64,000 bases of DNA from Calditrichia bacterium. Lineage in GTDB: Bacteria; Calditrichota; Calditrichia; JAJRVZ01. Of this stretch, positions 31,190-40,934 are shown one piece after another (position 1 is the stretch's first letter; each line of letters opens with the position of its first letter). Below the pieces are notes generated by a model, which did no database searches, had not been told where the DNA came from, and saw only the letters and a program-made list of their open reading frames with translations. Both the position numbers and the translations under genes were made by a program. The DNA lies in NCBI GenBank assembly GCA_963777955.1, contig CAVZSQ010000013.1:384001-448000 (forward strand), in the 5' to 3' direction.

Positions 31190-31198
31190 TCCTTTAAT

Positions 31199-31230
31199 CC
31201 ACCTTAAGGGTACTCTACTCCTTAAGGTGG
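31199..31230. repeat. REP-like palindrome, family B (CCACCTTAAGGGT arms)
   Basis: ccaccttaagggt-actct-actccttaaggtgg; also at 33271 and 33732. Confidence 0.85.
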
Positions 31231-31389
31231 CTTACATGTTAAATTTTTACAAAAAAATGGTAAAAATGGGATAGAAATCCATCCTTCATTATGTGTATTA
31301 TAACACCAAATTTACATTCGCAGGTCTTTTTAGAACTAGTTAAACCATTCTATCATTATTGAGATCACAAAATCCAGAGGAGGCGTTTC

Positions 31390-33034
31390 ATGAAATTATT
31401 AACCTTATCTTTCTTTATCCTTTTGCCTTTGGCCTTTAGCCTGGCAGATATTATCCACATCCCCGCCGACGCCCTCACCATCCAGCAAGGCATCGACCAG
31501 GCCCTGACCGGTGATACAGTTTTGGTGGCCGAAGGGACATATTATGAGAACATTAGTTTCAAAGGTAAAGCCATCACGGTAGCTAGTGCTTTTCTGATGG
31601 ATGCCGATACCAGTCATATTTCTAAAACAATTATCGACGGCAGCCAGCATACGAATCCGGATAGTGGCTCAGTGGTCTATTTTGTAAATGGCGAAACTAA
31701 GAATTCGATTTTATACGGTTTCACAATTACTGGCGGATCGGGAACATATTATCAATGGCCCGAGGATAACAGCCAACAATATACAGGTGGAGGAATAAAG
31801 ATATGGGCAGGTGGAAGAATTGAGTGGAATCGAATTATTAATAATTTTATTAATCGCGGAACCAGTATTTATTGTCATGGCGGTGGTATTGATGCCATGG
31901 GTTGGAACGTCGCTGATACAATAATAATAAGAAATAATGAGATTATTAATAACAAGATAAATGCCTGGTGGGGTGGCGGTGCAGCAATAATTATGATTTC
32001 TAAAGGATATATACTATTTGAAAATAATATTGTAGCAGCAAATGTTTACAATTCCAATGGAGGAGTAGTGTTGGAGGGATATGTATTTCGGGAGGTATAG
32101 ACTGGCCAGGTGAAATAATCATAAATAGAAACCTGATAAAAAGGAATTTTTCAAATGCAAATCCAGAATATCAGGGCTCAGGTGGAGGCATGTATATTGA
32201 AAACTGCAGCCCAATAGTTTCTAATAATATGATCATAGAAAATACCTCAATATATGTCGGAGGCGGAATTTATATAAGGTGGGAGAGTAATTATTCGGGT
32301 GGATTCACTAATCCGATTTTAATAAATAATACAATTATATTTAACACAGCCCAATATGGCGGGGGATTATCTTTGTATACTGAAGAAGCAGGCAAGAGCT
32401 AATCCTGTTGTTATTAATACAATAGTTTGGGGAAATTCTGCCGACACCGATCCGGGAATAAATGCGACTATGGCATCATTTCAATTATACTATTGCCTGG
32501 TACAAGATTCTGATTATATTAATTTTGACAATAGTGTCTTCCGTTCCGATCCCCTGTTTGCCGATACGCTCGGTCATCTTTCGGAACAGAGCCCTGCAAT
32601 CGGAAACGGAGTGGCCAGTCTTGAACTTAATGATACAACCTATTTCGCACCGTCTACCGATTTTGAAGGTAATCCCAGACCTTCACCAGCCGATGCCCTG
32701 GTGGATATCGGCGCCTTTGAATCACCGTATCTAGCGGTCGGTGTTAATCGATCTGCCACCTATGTTACTTATGGCCTATAATTTAAAACAGAACTATCCC
32801 AATCCATTTAATCCGACGACCTATATCCAATTCTTAATTCCCAAACCTGAATCTGTTACTCTGGAAATCTATAACCTGCTTGGTCAGAAAATAGTTACGC
32901 TAATTAACGAAAAGTTTAATGCCGGTTCGCATACAATAGTCTGGAACGCAGAGAACCTGGCCAGTGGAGTGTATCTATATCGCCTGCAGGCGGGTAGTTT
33001 TGAACAGGTGAGGAAGATGGTGTTGTTGAGGTAG
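31390..33034 (+). CDS. Secreted right-handed beta-helix protein with C-terminal T9SS/FlgD-type sorting domain; about 3 frameshifts
   Basis: TIQQGIDQALTGDTVLVAEGTYYENI, GGGI repeats, SPAIGNG...DIGAFE, QNYPNPFNPTT...LASGVYLYRL...RKMVLLR; SD GGAGG. Confidence 0.8.
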
Positions 33035-33303
33035 GGGCGAATCATAATTTGCCCGTTATGCGAGGAATAACCCACCCCTCTCATCCCCTCCCTGTCAGCC
33101 CTGGGCTGACAGGGAGGGGATTATAGGGGAGGGTCAATTAACCGGTCGTCTCGATACGATCCCGACCTGTCTGCCGCCAGGCAGGTAAATCGGGGTCTAC
33201 TCGACGACCAACACTCTCTCCCGCATAAACAGCAAAACAGTCATTCCCGCAAAACGTGCACCAATAACTACCACCTTAAGGGTGCCATGCACCCTTAAGG
33301 TGG
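33031..33303. repeat. Stack of different palindromic repeat families
   Basis: gtaggggcgaatcataatttgccc (33031), family C hairpin (33070-33135), ggtcgtctcga...tcgacgacc nested hairpin (33144-33209), gtcattcccgc half-site (33240), family B hairpin (33271-33303). Confidence 0.85.
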
Positions 33304-33310
33304 CTAGTAG

Positions 33311-33595
33311 TTAAACCTCCCCCATAATCTTATCAAACTTTTCAACCGGAATCGCCTCAGAAGTGGCGAAAGCGATACCGGTTAATTTGCTCAGGGCGAT
33401 TGATGCCTTCAAAGCCGCTTCCATACCGGGAAAATCGATTACAAACAACAGGTCTTTTTCTCCCAGTAAAGCGTACATCGATTTAACCTCACCGCCCAAT
33501 TTCTTTACCAGATCCAGGGACTTCCTGGTGCGATCGCCGCTGATGTCTTTTATTGCACCGGCAGAATATTTCCCCATTAGTACATAGGTAGCCAT
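33311..33595 (-). CDS. GYD domain protein
   Basis: 94 aa, MATYVLMGKYS...KLGGEVKSMYALLGEKDLLFVIDFP pattern; SD AAGGAAGG. Confidence 0.75.
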   Translation of the reverse strand: MATYVLMGKYSAGAIKDISGDRTRKSLDLVKKLGGEVKSMYALLGEKDLLFVIDFPGMEAALKASIALSKLTGIAFATSEAIPVEKFDKIMGEV

Positions 33596-33731
33596 ATAAT
33601 TTCCTTCCTTTTAAGATAAGTTAATTTGTTCTAAAACATAATATTAAAGAAGAAATCATTCAGATTCTGAATAGGATTATAGTGAGGTTAATATACTTAT
33701 TTCACCCATGATTGCAACAAAATTCTAAAAA

Positions 33732-33766
33732 GCCACCTTAAGGGTGCTTCACACCCTTAAGGTGGC
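33732..33766. repeat. REP-like palindrome, family B
   Basis: gccaccttaagggtg-cttca-cacccttaaggtggc. Confidence 0.9.
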
Positions 33767-33771
33767 CTATC

Positions 33772-33877
33772 TTAACCACCCGCTTTAACCGTTTAGTTAA
33801 TTTAATCCTTGACATTTGATCATTTTCCTTTTATCTTAACCAAACAATTTAACCAACCGGATAAATTAAACGGTTAA
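33772..33877 (+). promoter_or_regulatory. sigma70 promoter of the efflux operon with multiple TTAACC-N4-GGTTAA-like operators
   Basis: TTGACA (33809)-N17-TATCTT (33832); operator-like 16-mers at 33772, 33785, 33836, 33849, 33862. Confidence 0.7.
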
Positions 33878-33888
33878 AAGAGGAAAGA

Positions 33889-34530
33889 ATGGAAATTTCG
33901 ACAGACACCGAACAGAAGATCCTGCTGGCGGCCCGGGAAATCTTCCTGGAAAAAGGTAAAGATGGCGCCCGCATGCAGGAAATCGCCGACTGCGCTGGAA
34001 TAAATAAAGCCCTGCTCCATTACTATTTCCGCTCCAAGGACCGCCTGTTCAGCCAGATTTTCCTGACTGAATTCAAATCCGTATTCAGCACCCTCTTTGA
34101 GTCCGTCTCCAGCGAAACCGATTTCCATAAATTCTTGGAAAAATTCATAACCACCTATCTTACTCTGATCAGCCCCCGGCGAAATTTGTTGCGGTTTATT
34201 CTATGGGAGAGCGAAAAAACTAAAATAGAATTTGCCAGGTTTATAATCGAAGAGAGCAGGAAAAAAGGATTCAAAGAAAATCCGTTGATCGATTCAACGC
34301 TCGCAGCGATCGCTAATAAACAAATCAAGGATATCGATGCCGTCAACCTCATCCTCAGTTTGCTGGGTATGTGTATTTTCCCACTGATTGCGGCGCCGAT
34401 CATCGAAAAAATGTTTCATAATCTTAAGATCAATACCCCCGCTTTCCTGGATAAACGCGCTGCTGAAATTCTTAACCTGATCTGGAACGGTATCGGTCCT
34501 GAAAAGAAAATATCAACCGTCCATAAATAG
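33889..34530 (+). CDS. TetR/AcrR family transcriptional regulator
   Basis: ILLAAREIFLEKGKDGARMQEIADCAGINKALLHYYFRSKDRLF. Confidence 0.95.
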   Translation: MEISTDTEQKILLAAREIFLEKGKDGARMQEIADCAGINKALLHYYFRSKDRLFSQIFLTEFKSVFSTLFESVSSETDFHKFLEKFITTYLTLISPRRNLLRFILWESEKTKIEFARFIIEESRKKGFKENPLIDSTLAAIANKQIKDIDAVNLILSLLGMCIFPLIAAPIIEKMFHNLKINTPAFLDKRAAEILNLIWNGIGPEKKISTVHK

Positions 34531-34542
34531 GAGATAAATCCT

Positions 34543-35907
34543 ATGTTTGTCAAAATATTTGCGCTGCTCGGAAATAGATTATGCAATATAAAATATGAAG
34601 ATTACTTCGCCGTGTTTGTTGTTGCCTGGTTATTAATTTTCCCCGCTGTGCTGCCGGCACAGGAGTTACTAACTCTGGATAAAGTTTGGGACCTGGCCCT
34701 GCATAATAACCTGGCCCTGCAACAACAAGTCCACTCCATCGAGCAGGCCAATAAAGAAATCTGGATCCAGCAAACCGGATTATTGCCGGCCCTGAGTTTG
34801 ACCTCCTACTATCAGTATCAATCGGAACTGGCCCGCATCGAATTGCCCTTCATGGGCTTTGCAGGCATCGAAGCTGGAGTCCATAATCAATATGATCTCC
34901 ATGCTCTCATTCAGCAACCTGTCTTCAGAGGATTTCGTACCTACTACTCTGTCCGGGCTGCTAAAAAAAAGTATGAATTGCAGATTGCCCAAAAGACAGT
35001 GCAACAGAATGTGCTGTTGCTGCAAGCCGGACAACTATTTTTCGATCTGCAGTTGAATTTTTTACAACAGGAGGTTTTGCAGAAAAGCATCGGGCGCACC
35101 GCCCTGCAGTTGGAAAGACTGGACAATTTACTGGCCGCCCGGCAAATCAGTCCCTTCGATACCCTGGAGATCGCCAATCATAAACTGGACCAGTTGAACC
35201 GTTTGCAATTGATCCGGGACCAGCAGAAGATACTGCACTCGAAACTTGAATATTTACTCGACATACCTGAACTGCCCGCAGTACAGCATCAATCCGCAAC
35301 CGAGATCACTTTCACTCTGAAACCCCTGAACGAATACCAGACCCTGGCCATGGAAAAACGTCCGGAGTTAAAACAGACAGCAATATCATACCAGTTACAA
35401 CAAGATGCCACCAGCATGATCAGAGCCGCTTATTATCCACAGATTAGTGCACAGTTGGCTTATCATTATGCCCGGCCCGGGGTGAACTACTTCAAAGATG
35501 AATGGATGAAGTATTATAATTTCGGTATCAATCTGCAATGGGAACTATGGAACTGGAGCAGGGATGCCGCTAAAGTCCAGCAGGCAAAACTGGAACAACA
35601 CAAACTGGATCTGGAAAACCAGAAACTGGTCAATGATATTAAACAACAGGTGAAGGAAGTCTATCTATATCTGCAAAGTCTGATTCAGCAAAGTCAATTA
35701 CTAAAACAGCTGATCGAACAGGAAAACGAACGCTACCGGATTACCCAGGAAAAATTTCAACAGGGGCTGATGACCTCCCTGGACCTGAATACTGCCGAAC
35801 ATGCCCTGACCGAAGCGCAACTGCGTCTGCAGGAAAATAATATCTCCTGGCAAAAATACAAAATACAACTAGAGTTCGTTTGTGGCACTATCGGCACAAC
35901 CGAGTAG
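34543..35907 (+). CDS. TolC-family outer membrane efflux protein
   Basis: LALHNNLAL, LLPALSL, YYPQIS, FQQGLMTSLDL motifs; operon context. Confidence 0.88.
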   Translation: MFVKIFALLGNRLCNIKYEDYFAVFVVAWLLIFPAVLPAQELLTLDKVWDLALHNNLALQQQVHSIEQANKEIWIQQTGLLPALSLTSYYQYQSELARIELPFMGFAGIEAGVHNQYDLHALIQQPVFRGFRTYYSVRAAKKKYELQIAQKTVQQNVLLLQAGQLFFDLQLNFLQQEVLQKSIGRTALQLERLDNLLAARQISPFDTLEIANHKLDQLNRLQLIRDQQKILHSKLEYLLDIPELPAVQHQSATEITFTLKPLNEYQTLAMEKRPELKQTAISYQLQQDATSMIRAAYYPQISAQLAYHYARPGVNYFKDEWMKYYNFGINLQWELWNWSRDAAKVQQAKLEQHKLDLENQKLVNDIKQQVKEVYLYLQSLIQQSQLLKQLIEQENERYRITQEKFQQGLMTSLDLNTAEHALTEAQLRLQENNISWQKYKIQLEFVCGTIGTTE

Positions 35908-35915
35908 GAGGAAAG

Positions 35916-36786
35916 ATGAAATTATACCCAGTTGTACTAATCATACTGATTTTCTTTTTTGGGTGTAAAAATGATGCCCGTCATCAATATACCGGCGTAC
36001 TGGAAGGTACGGCCGTAAAGGTACCGGCTTTGGCCGGAGGACAAATCCTGGCGCTGTATGTTGATAGCGGTGATCAGGTTGTTAAAGATCAAAAAATTGC
36101 AGTCATCGATTCAACCGAACTGGTCTTCCAGCGGCAGCAATTGCAGGCCAGCGTTGCTGGAGATACAGATCCAGCAGGAAATTGCACGCACTACTTTCGA
36201 TAAAATCACATCCGATCTGGCTTATGTCCAGGAAAAATACGACCGTATTGCCCAACTATATCAGAAAAATTCAGCACCAAGGCAAAATCTTGATGATGCC
36301 CAAAACCAGTTGCAGACAGTAACCTCCTCGCATCGTTCGGCCCGCCAGAATTTGCAAAGCCTGGCTGCCCGGCAGCAACAGGTACAGGCTCAACTTAATC
36401 TGGCCAACAAAAAAATTCGCGATACAGTTATTCTCTCACCCCGTGCCGGTATAATCACCACCAAATATTACGAAGCAGGAGAAGCGGTTATGCCGCTCAG
36501 TCCGGTAGTGGAAATTATCGATATCCGTACCATCGAAATAAAAATCTATATCAGTGAAACACAATTATCACAGGTTAAATACGGACAAACCGTGCGGGTA
36601 ATTATCGATGGCCTGGAAAAAAATATGACCGGCCAGGTCAGCTGGATCAGCCCGAAAGCTGAATTTACACCCAAATCAATCTTAACACCCGAAACCAGGA
36701 CCTCGCTGGTTTATGCAGTTAAAATTTCCATAGACAATCCCGAGGGTCTGCTTAAACATGGTATGCCGGTGGTGATAGAGTTGTAA
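35916..36786 (+). CDS. HlyD-family periplasmic adaptor (one frameshift near 36150)
   Basis: SD AGGAGG; lipoprotein-like signal FFGC; ILSPRAGII, WISPKAEFTPKSILT...LVYAVKI...LKHGMP (YbhG-like). Confidence 0.88.
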
Positions 36787-36789
36787 ATG

Positions 36790-36855
36790 ACCCACCCCTC
36801 TGTCCCCTCCCTTTCAGCCTGTTGGCTGAAAGGGAGGGGATGAAAGGGGAGGGTT
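36790..36855. repeat. Long hairpin repeat, family C, inside the efflux operon
   Basis: acccacccctctgtcccctccctttcagcc-tgtt-ggctgaaagggaggggatgaaaggggagggtt. Confidence 0.88.
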
Positions 36856-36869
36856 AGTGAGAGAAATCT

Positions 36870-37790
36870 ATGTACGACATCGAAATAAAAAACTTCGTTA
36901 AAAAATACGATCAACTGACCGCAGTCAATGATATTACCCTGTCGGTTTCCAGACATGAACTATTCGGTTTGATTGGTCCCGATGGCGCCGGAAAAACGAC
37001 TTTAATGCGTTCTATCTGTACTCTGTTGGTACCCACCTCCGGCGCCATTCTGGTAAAAGGTCTGGAAGTGACCCGGAATATTACTGTCATCCGTGCGCTG
37101 CTGGGCTATATGCCGCAGCGTTTTTCATTGTACCTGGATTTAACCGTCGAGCAGAATCTGCGTTTTTTTGCTGATCTGTTTCAAGTCGCGCCGCACGAAT
37201 ATAAAGATCGTCTGCAACAACTTTATCAATTCTCGCGTCTGGAACCCTTCAAAAAACGATTAGCCGGTGCCCTGTCAGGCGGCATGAAACAAAAACTGGC
37301 TCTGTCCTGCGCCCTGATCCATACTCCTGAAATCCTGATTCTGGACGAACCTACTTTCGGCGTAGACCCGGTGTCACGGCAGGAATTCTGGAATATTCTC
37401 CGTTCCATCCAGCTGCAGGGCACAACCATAATGGTATCGACCGCATATATGGACGAGGCCAATCAATGCGACCGGGTAGCCCTGCTGTTTAATGGACAAC
37501 TGCGCGGGCTGGGCACTCCCTCAGAATTGCGGGCCACTTACCAGTATCCGCTATACCGCTTAGAGGGTTCCAATTTACCGGAACTGGAAAATTACTTTCG
37601 TCGCCAGAAACAGGTCCATATCACGCAAAAATTCGGCGATGCTTTGCATGTCAGTTTTTATCAAAAGCCCGATGAAACTTTCTGGCAAGCATGTCAGGGA
37701 GCTACCGCCGGGAACCTGCGGCAATGGGCAGTACAAGCACCATCTATTGAAGATATCTTTTTAGAACTGATGGGATCTGACAATGAATAA
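36870..37790 (+). CDS. ABC transporter ATP-binding protein (YbhF N-half-like)
   Basis: GPDGAGKTT, LSGGMKQK, LILDEPT. Confidence 0.93.
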   Translation: MYDIEIKNFVKKYDQLTAVNDITLSVSRHELFGLIGPDGAGKTTLMRSICTLLVPTSGAILVKGLEVTRNITVIRALLGYMPQRFSLYLDLTVEQNLRFFADLFQVAPHEYKDRLQQLYQFSRLEPFKKRLAGALSGGMKQKLALSCALIHTPEILILDEPTFGVDPVSRQEFWNILRSIQLQGTTIMVSTAYMDEANQCDRVALLFNGQLRGLGTPSELRATYQYPLYRLEGSNLPELENYFRRQKQVHITQKFGDALHVSFYQKPDETFWQACQGATAGNLRQWAVQAPSIEDIFLELMGSDNE

Positions 37791-38568
37791 GCAGATCGTG
37801 GTGAGCACTGAAAATCTGACCCGCCGTTTCGGCAAGTTTGTCGCTGTGGATTCAGTGAATATCCAGGTCAGGCCGGGGGAAATATTTGGTTTTCTGGGCG
37901 CCAATGGCGCCGGCAAAACCACGATGATCCGCATGCTCTGCGGCCTGTTGAAACCATCGTCCGGAAAGGGCACGGTGGCCGGATTCGATATTTATAAACA
38001 AAGCGAACAGATCAAACAGAATATCGGTTACATGAGTCAACGTTTTTCATTATATGACGACCTTACCATTCGCGAAAACATAGACTTTTATGGCGGCATT
38101 TACGGTTTATCAAACCGGGTCATCGAAACACGGCGGGAACAAATGTTACAGCAGGTGGGCCTGACCGATATAGCAGACAGTATGACCCATGAACTACCGG
38201 TCGGTTTTAAACAGCGTCTGGCCCTGGGCTGTGCTCTGCTGCATGATCCGCCGATTATTTTTCTGGATGAACCGACTTCCGGGGTGGATCCCAAAGCCAG
38301 ACGCAGTTTCTGGGATCTGATATATCAAACTTCTGAACAGGGTAAAACGGTTTTTGTCACCACCCATTTCATGGATGAGGCAGAATATTGCCACCGCCTG
38401 GCGATCATGCGTGACGGAAGAATCATCGCACTGGATCAACCGGGATTACTCAAGGAAAAGTATCACAAGGTCAGCATGCAGGAAGTTTTTATCGAAATTG
38501 CTACTGCCGGATCTACCGGGGACAATACCGCCGGGCAGACCGAATACCAAACCGGGAATTTATCATGA
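37783..38568 (+). CDS. ABC transporter ATP-binding protein (YbhF C-half-like)
   Basis: GANGAGKTT, degenerate signature LPVGFKQR, IFLDEPTSGVDP, TTHFMDEAE. Confidence 0.93.
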   Translation: MNKQIVVSTENLTRRFGKFVAVDSVNIQVRPGEIFGFLGANGAGKTTMIRMLCGLLKPSSGKGTVAGFDIYKQSEQIKQNIGYMSQRFSLYDDLTIRENIDFYGGIYGLSNRVIETRREQMLQQVGLTDIADSMTHELPVGFKQRLALGCALLHDPPIIFLDEPTSGVDPKARRSFWDLIYQTSEQGKTVFVTTHFMDEAEYCHRLAIMRDGRIIALDQPGLLKEKYHKVSMQEVFIEIATAGSTGDNTAGQTEYQTGNLS

Positions 38569-39680
38569 ATAAAAAAGTCAACCGGGTCTGGGCTATCTCC
38601 CGGAAAGAATTTATTCATATCATCCATGATCCGCGCAGTTTAATGATCATTTTTGTCATGCCGGTAATTCAACTTACCATGTTCGGGTATGCGCTCAATA
38701 TGGAAATTCAGGATGTCAGCCTGGCCGTAATTGATCAGGCTGATTCCCCGCTCTCCCATGACCTGATTCAGCAGTTTATCGCCAGTCCATTTTTCACGGT
38801 TTTTAATTATGACGGTAAATACAGTCAAATTGAGCAACTTTTTCTCCATCATAAGGCCCGGGCAGTCCTGATCATTGAACAGGATTTTGACCGGCAGCTC
38901 CGGCAACAATTATTTACCCCTGTGCAAATCCTGCTGGATGGTTCGGATCCTAATGCTGCCACCCTGATCAAAAATTATTGTAATACAGTTATTCTGGAGT
39001 TCAACCAGAGATCCGGACAGCAATTACCGCTGCCCATCGAGGTCAAACCGCGCATCTGGTACAATCCGGATTTTAAAAGTGCATATTTCTTTGTACCCGG
39101 CTTGATCGCCTTATTGCTGGTGATGGTTTCTGCCCTGTTAACCAGCATTACCATAACCCGCGAGAAAGAAATGGGCACCATGGAACAAATCCTGGTCTCA
39201 CCCATACGACCGCTGGAAATTATTATCGGCAAGGTGCTGCCCTATATCCTGATCGCTTTTCTGGAAGCTGTGATAATTTTAGTACTGGGTATGCTGATGT
39301 TCAAGGTTCCCTTCATGGGCAGTGTGTCACTGCTGCTGCTGCTGTCCCTGCTCTACATCATATCGGCTTTGAGTCTGGGTCTGATGATTTCCACCCTGGT
39401 CAGTACACAGCAGGTCGCTATGATGTTTGCCATGGTGGCAACATTATTACCGACTATCATGCTATCCGGTTTTATTTTTCCGCTCAACTCCATGCCGGTT
39501 ATCCTGCAGTATATTTCATATCTCGTTCCGGCAAAATATTTTCTGGTCGTCATTCGCGGAATCATGCTGAAGGGCAATACCGCCGGCCAACTGGTGTCCC
39601 AGATCCTGTTTTTACTGATTATGTCGATGCTGCTATTGAGCGTGGCCCTGCGCAAATTCCGCCTGAATCTGGAGAAATAA
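38565..39680 (+). CDS. ABC-2 type permease (YbhS-like)
   Basis: RKEFIHIIHDPR, WYNP, REKEMGTMEQILVSP, LSGFIFP. Confidence 0.92.
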   Translation: MNKKVNRVWAISRKEFIHIIHDPRSLMIIFVMPVIQLTMFGYALNMEIQDVSLAVIDQADSPLSHDLIQQFIASPFFTVFNYDGKYSQIEQLFLHHKARAVLIIEQDFDRQLRQQLFTPVQILLDGSDPNAATLIKNYCNTVILEFNQRSGQQLPLPIEVKPRIWYNPDFKSAYFFVPGLIALLLVMVSALLTSITITREKEMGTMEQILVSPIRPLEIIIGKVLPYILIAFLEAVIILVLGMLMFKVPFMGSVSLLLLLSLLYIISALSLGLMISTLVSTQQVAMMFAMVATLLPTIMLSGFIFPLNSMPVILQYISYLVPAKYFLVVIRGIMLKGNTAGQLVSQILFLLIMSMLLLSVALRKFRLNLEK

Positions 39681-39681
39681 A

Positions 39682-40803
39682 ATGCAACCTATCCTGTCCA
39701 TGCTTATAAAAGAATTCAAACAAATTTTCCGCACCCGGGAAATGATTGCTATTATTTTTGGCGTACCGCTGGTACAGATGGTTGTATTGGGTTATGTGAT
39801 CACAACCGAGGTCAAGAATATTTCACTGCTGATTGCTGATCGTGATCTCAGCACAACCAGCCGCGAAATCGTCCAACTATTCGAACACACCGATCGTTTC
39901 CGGATTACCGGTTATGAAACCGGCCAGCGTAATATCGAGGAATCTATCCAGAACTGGCAGGCTCAATTGGTGATAATCATTCCCCCTGATTTTGGCCGGG
40001 ATCTCCAGCGAAATTCCAGACCGGAACTGCAATTGCTGGTTGATGGTCTGGATGGAAATTCAGCCGGAGTTGCTCTGGGTTATGCCCAGGGGATCTTATA
40101 CCAGTGGGCCCAGTCCTACATGCAGTACTTCCTGATCAGGCCGGTCGGATTGAATGCACATCAGATTGTAATGCAGGACCGTGTCTGGTATAATCTTAAC
40201 CTGGATAATTCCCAGTACATGATCCCGGGAATCGTGGTGGTGTTGATTACGATCATTTCACTGATGCTGGCCGGAGTAAATCTGGTGCGGGAAAAAGAAT
40301 TGGGCACACTGGAACAATTGATGGTCACACCGCTGAAACGGTACCAGTTATTGCTGGGCAAGATCATACCATTTCTGATACTGACTTTTATCGAAATGAC
40401 GGTGGTGATGATTGTGGCCCAATTAATATTTGCAGTTAAAGTCGAGGGCAGTTATATGCTACTGGGTTTCCTCGCCTTTCTATTTTTATTTACCACCCTG
40501 GGAATCGGCATTTTTGTTTCGACTATCACTACCACGCAACAACAAGCTATGTTTGTGGCCTGGTTTTTGATGGTCTTCATGCTGCTGATGGGCGGATTTT
40601 TCATTCCCATTGAAAACATGCCGCCGCTGTTACAAAAGGTTACCTATTTAAATCCCATGCGCTATTTTCTATCCATTCTGCGCGATATTTTTCAAAAAGG
40701 TTCCAGTTTGCGCTATATGCTGCCGGATGTAATCCCGATGACACTTTATGGTTTATTTATTTTTGTGGTCAGTGTAATGAAATTTCATAAACGGATTGCC
40801 TAA
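39682..40803 (+). CDS. ABC-2 type permease (YbhR-like)
   Basis: KEFKQIFR, VREKELGTLEQLMVTP, GFFIPIENMP...LNPMRYF. Confidence 0.92.
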   Translation: MQPILSMLIKEFKQIFRTREMIAIIFGVPLVQMVVLGYVITTEVKNISLLIADRDLSTTSREIVQLFEHTDRFRITGYETGQRNIEESIQNWQAQLVIIIPPDFGRDLQRNSRPELQLLVDGLDGNSAGVALGYAQGILYQWAQSYMQYFLIRPVGLNAHQIVMQDRVWYNLNLDNSQYMIPGIVVVLITIISLMLAGVNLVREKELGTLEQLMVTPLKRYQLLLGKIIPFLILTFIEMTVVMIVAQLIFAVKVEGSYMLLGFLAFLFLFTTLGIGIFVSTITTTQQQAMFVAWFLMVFMLLMGGFFIPIENMPPLLQKVTYLNPMRYFLSILRDIFQKGSSLRYMLPDVIPMTLYGLFIFVVSVMKFHKRIA

Positions 40804-40833
40804 ACGCATATCGCACCTCGGCTGCCCTAAAAG

Positions 40834-40934
40834 TGTCATTCTGACGAGTCCGGCAGTTGCCGGACGAGGAAGAATCTATGTTTTTTGATAGAATATAGAT
40901 TCCTCATCCCGACCCGTCGGGATGAGGAATGACA
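40834..40934. repeat. Composite palindromic element (TGTCATT...AATGACA ends) after the efflux operon
   Basis: tgtcattctgacgag-[tccggcagttgccgga]-cgaggaagaatct...agattcctc-[atcccgacccgtcgggat]-gaggaatgaca. Confidence 0.8.
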
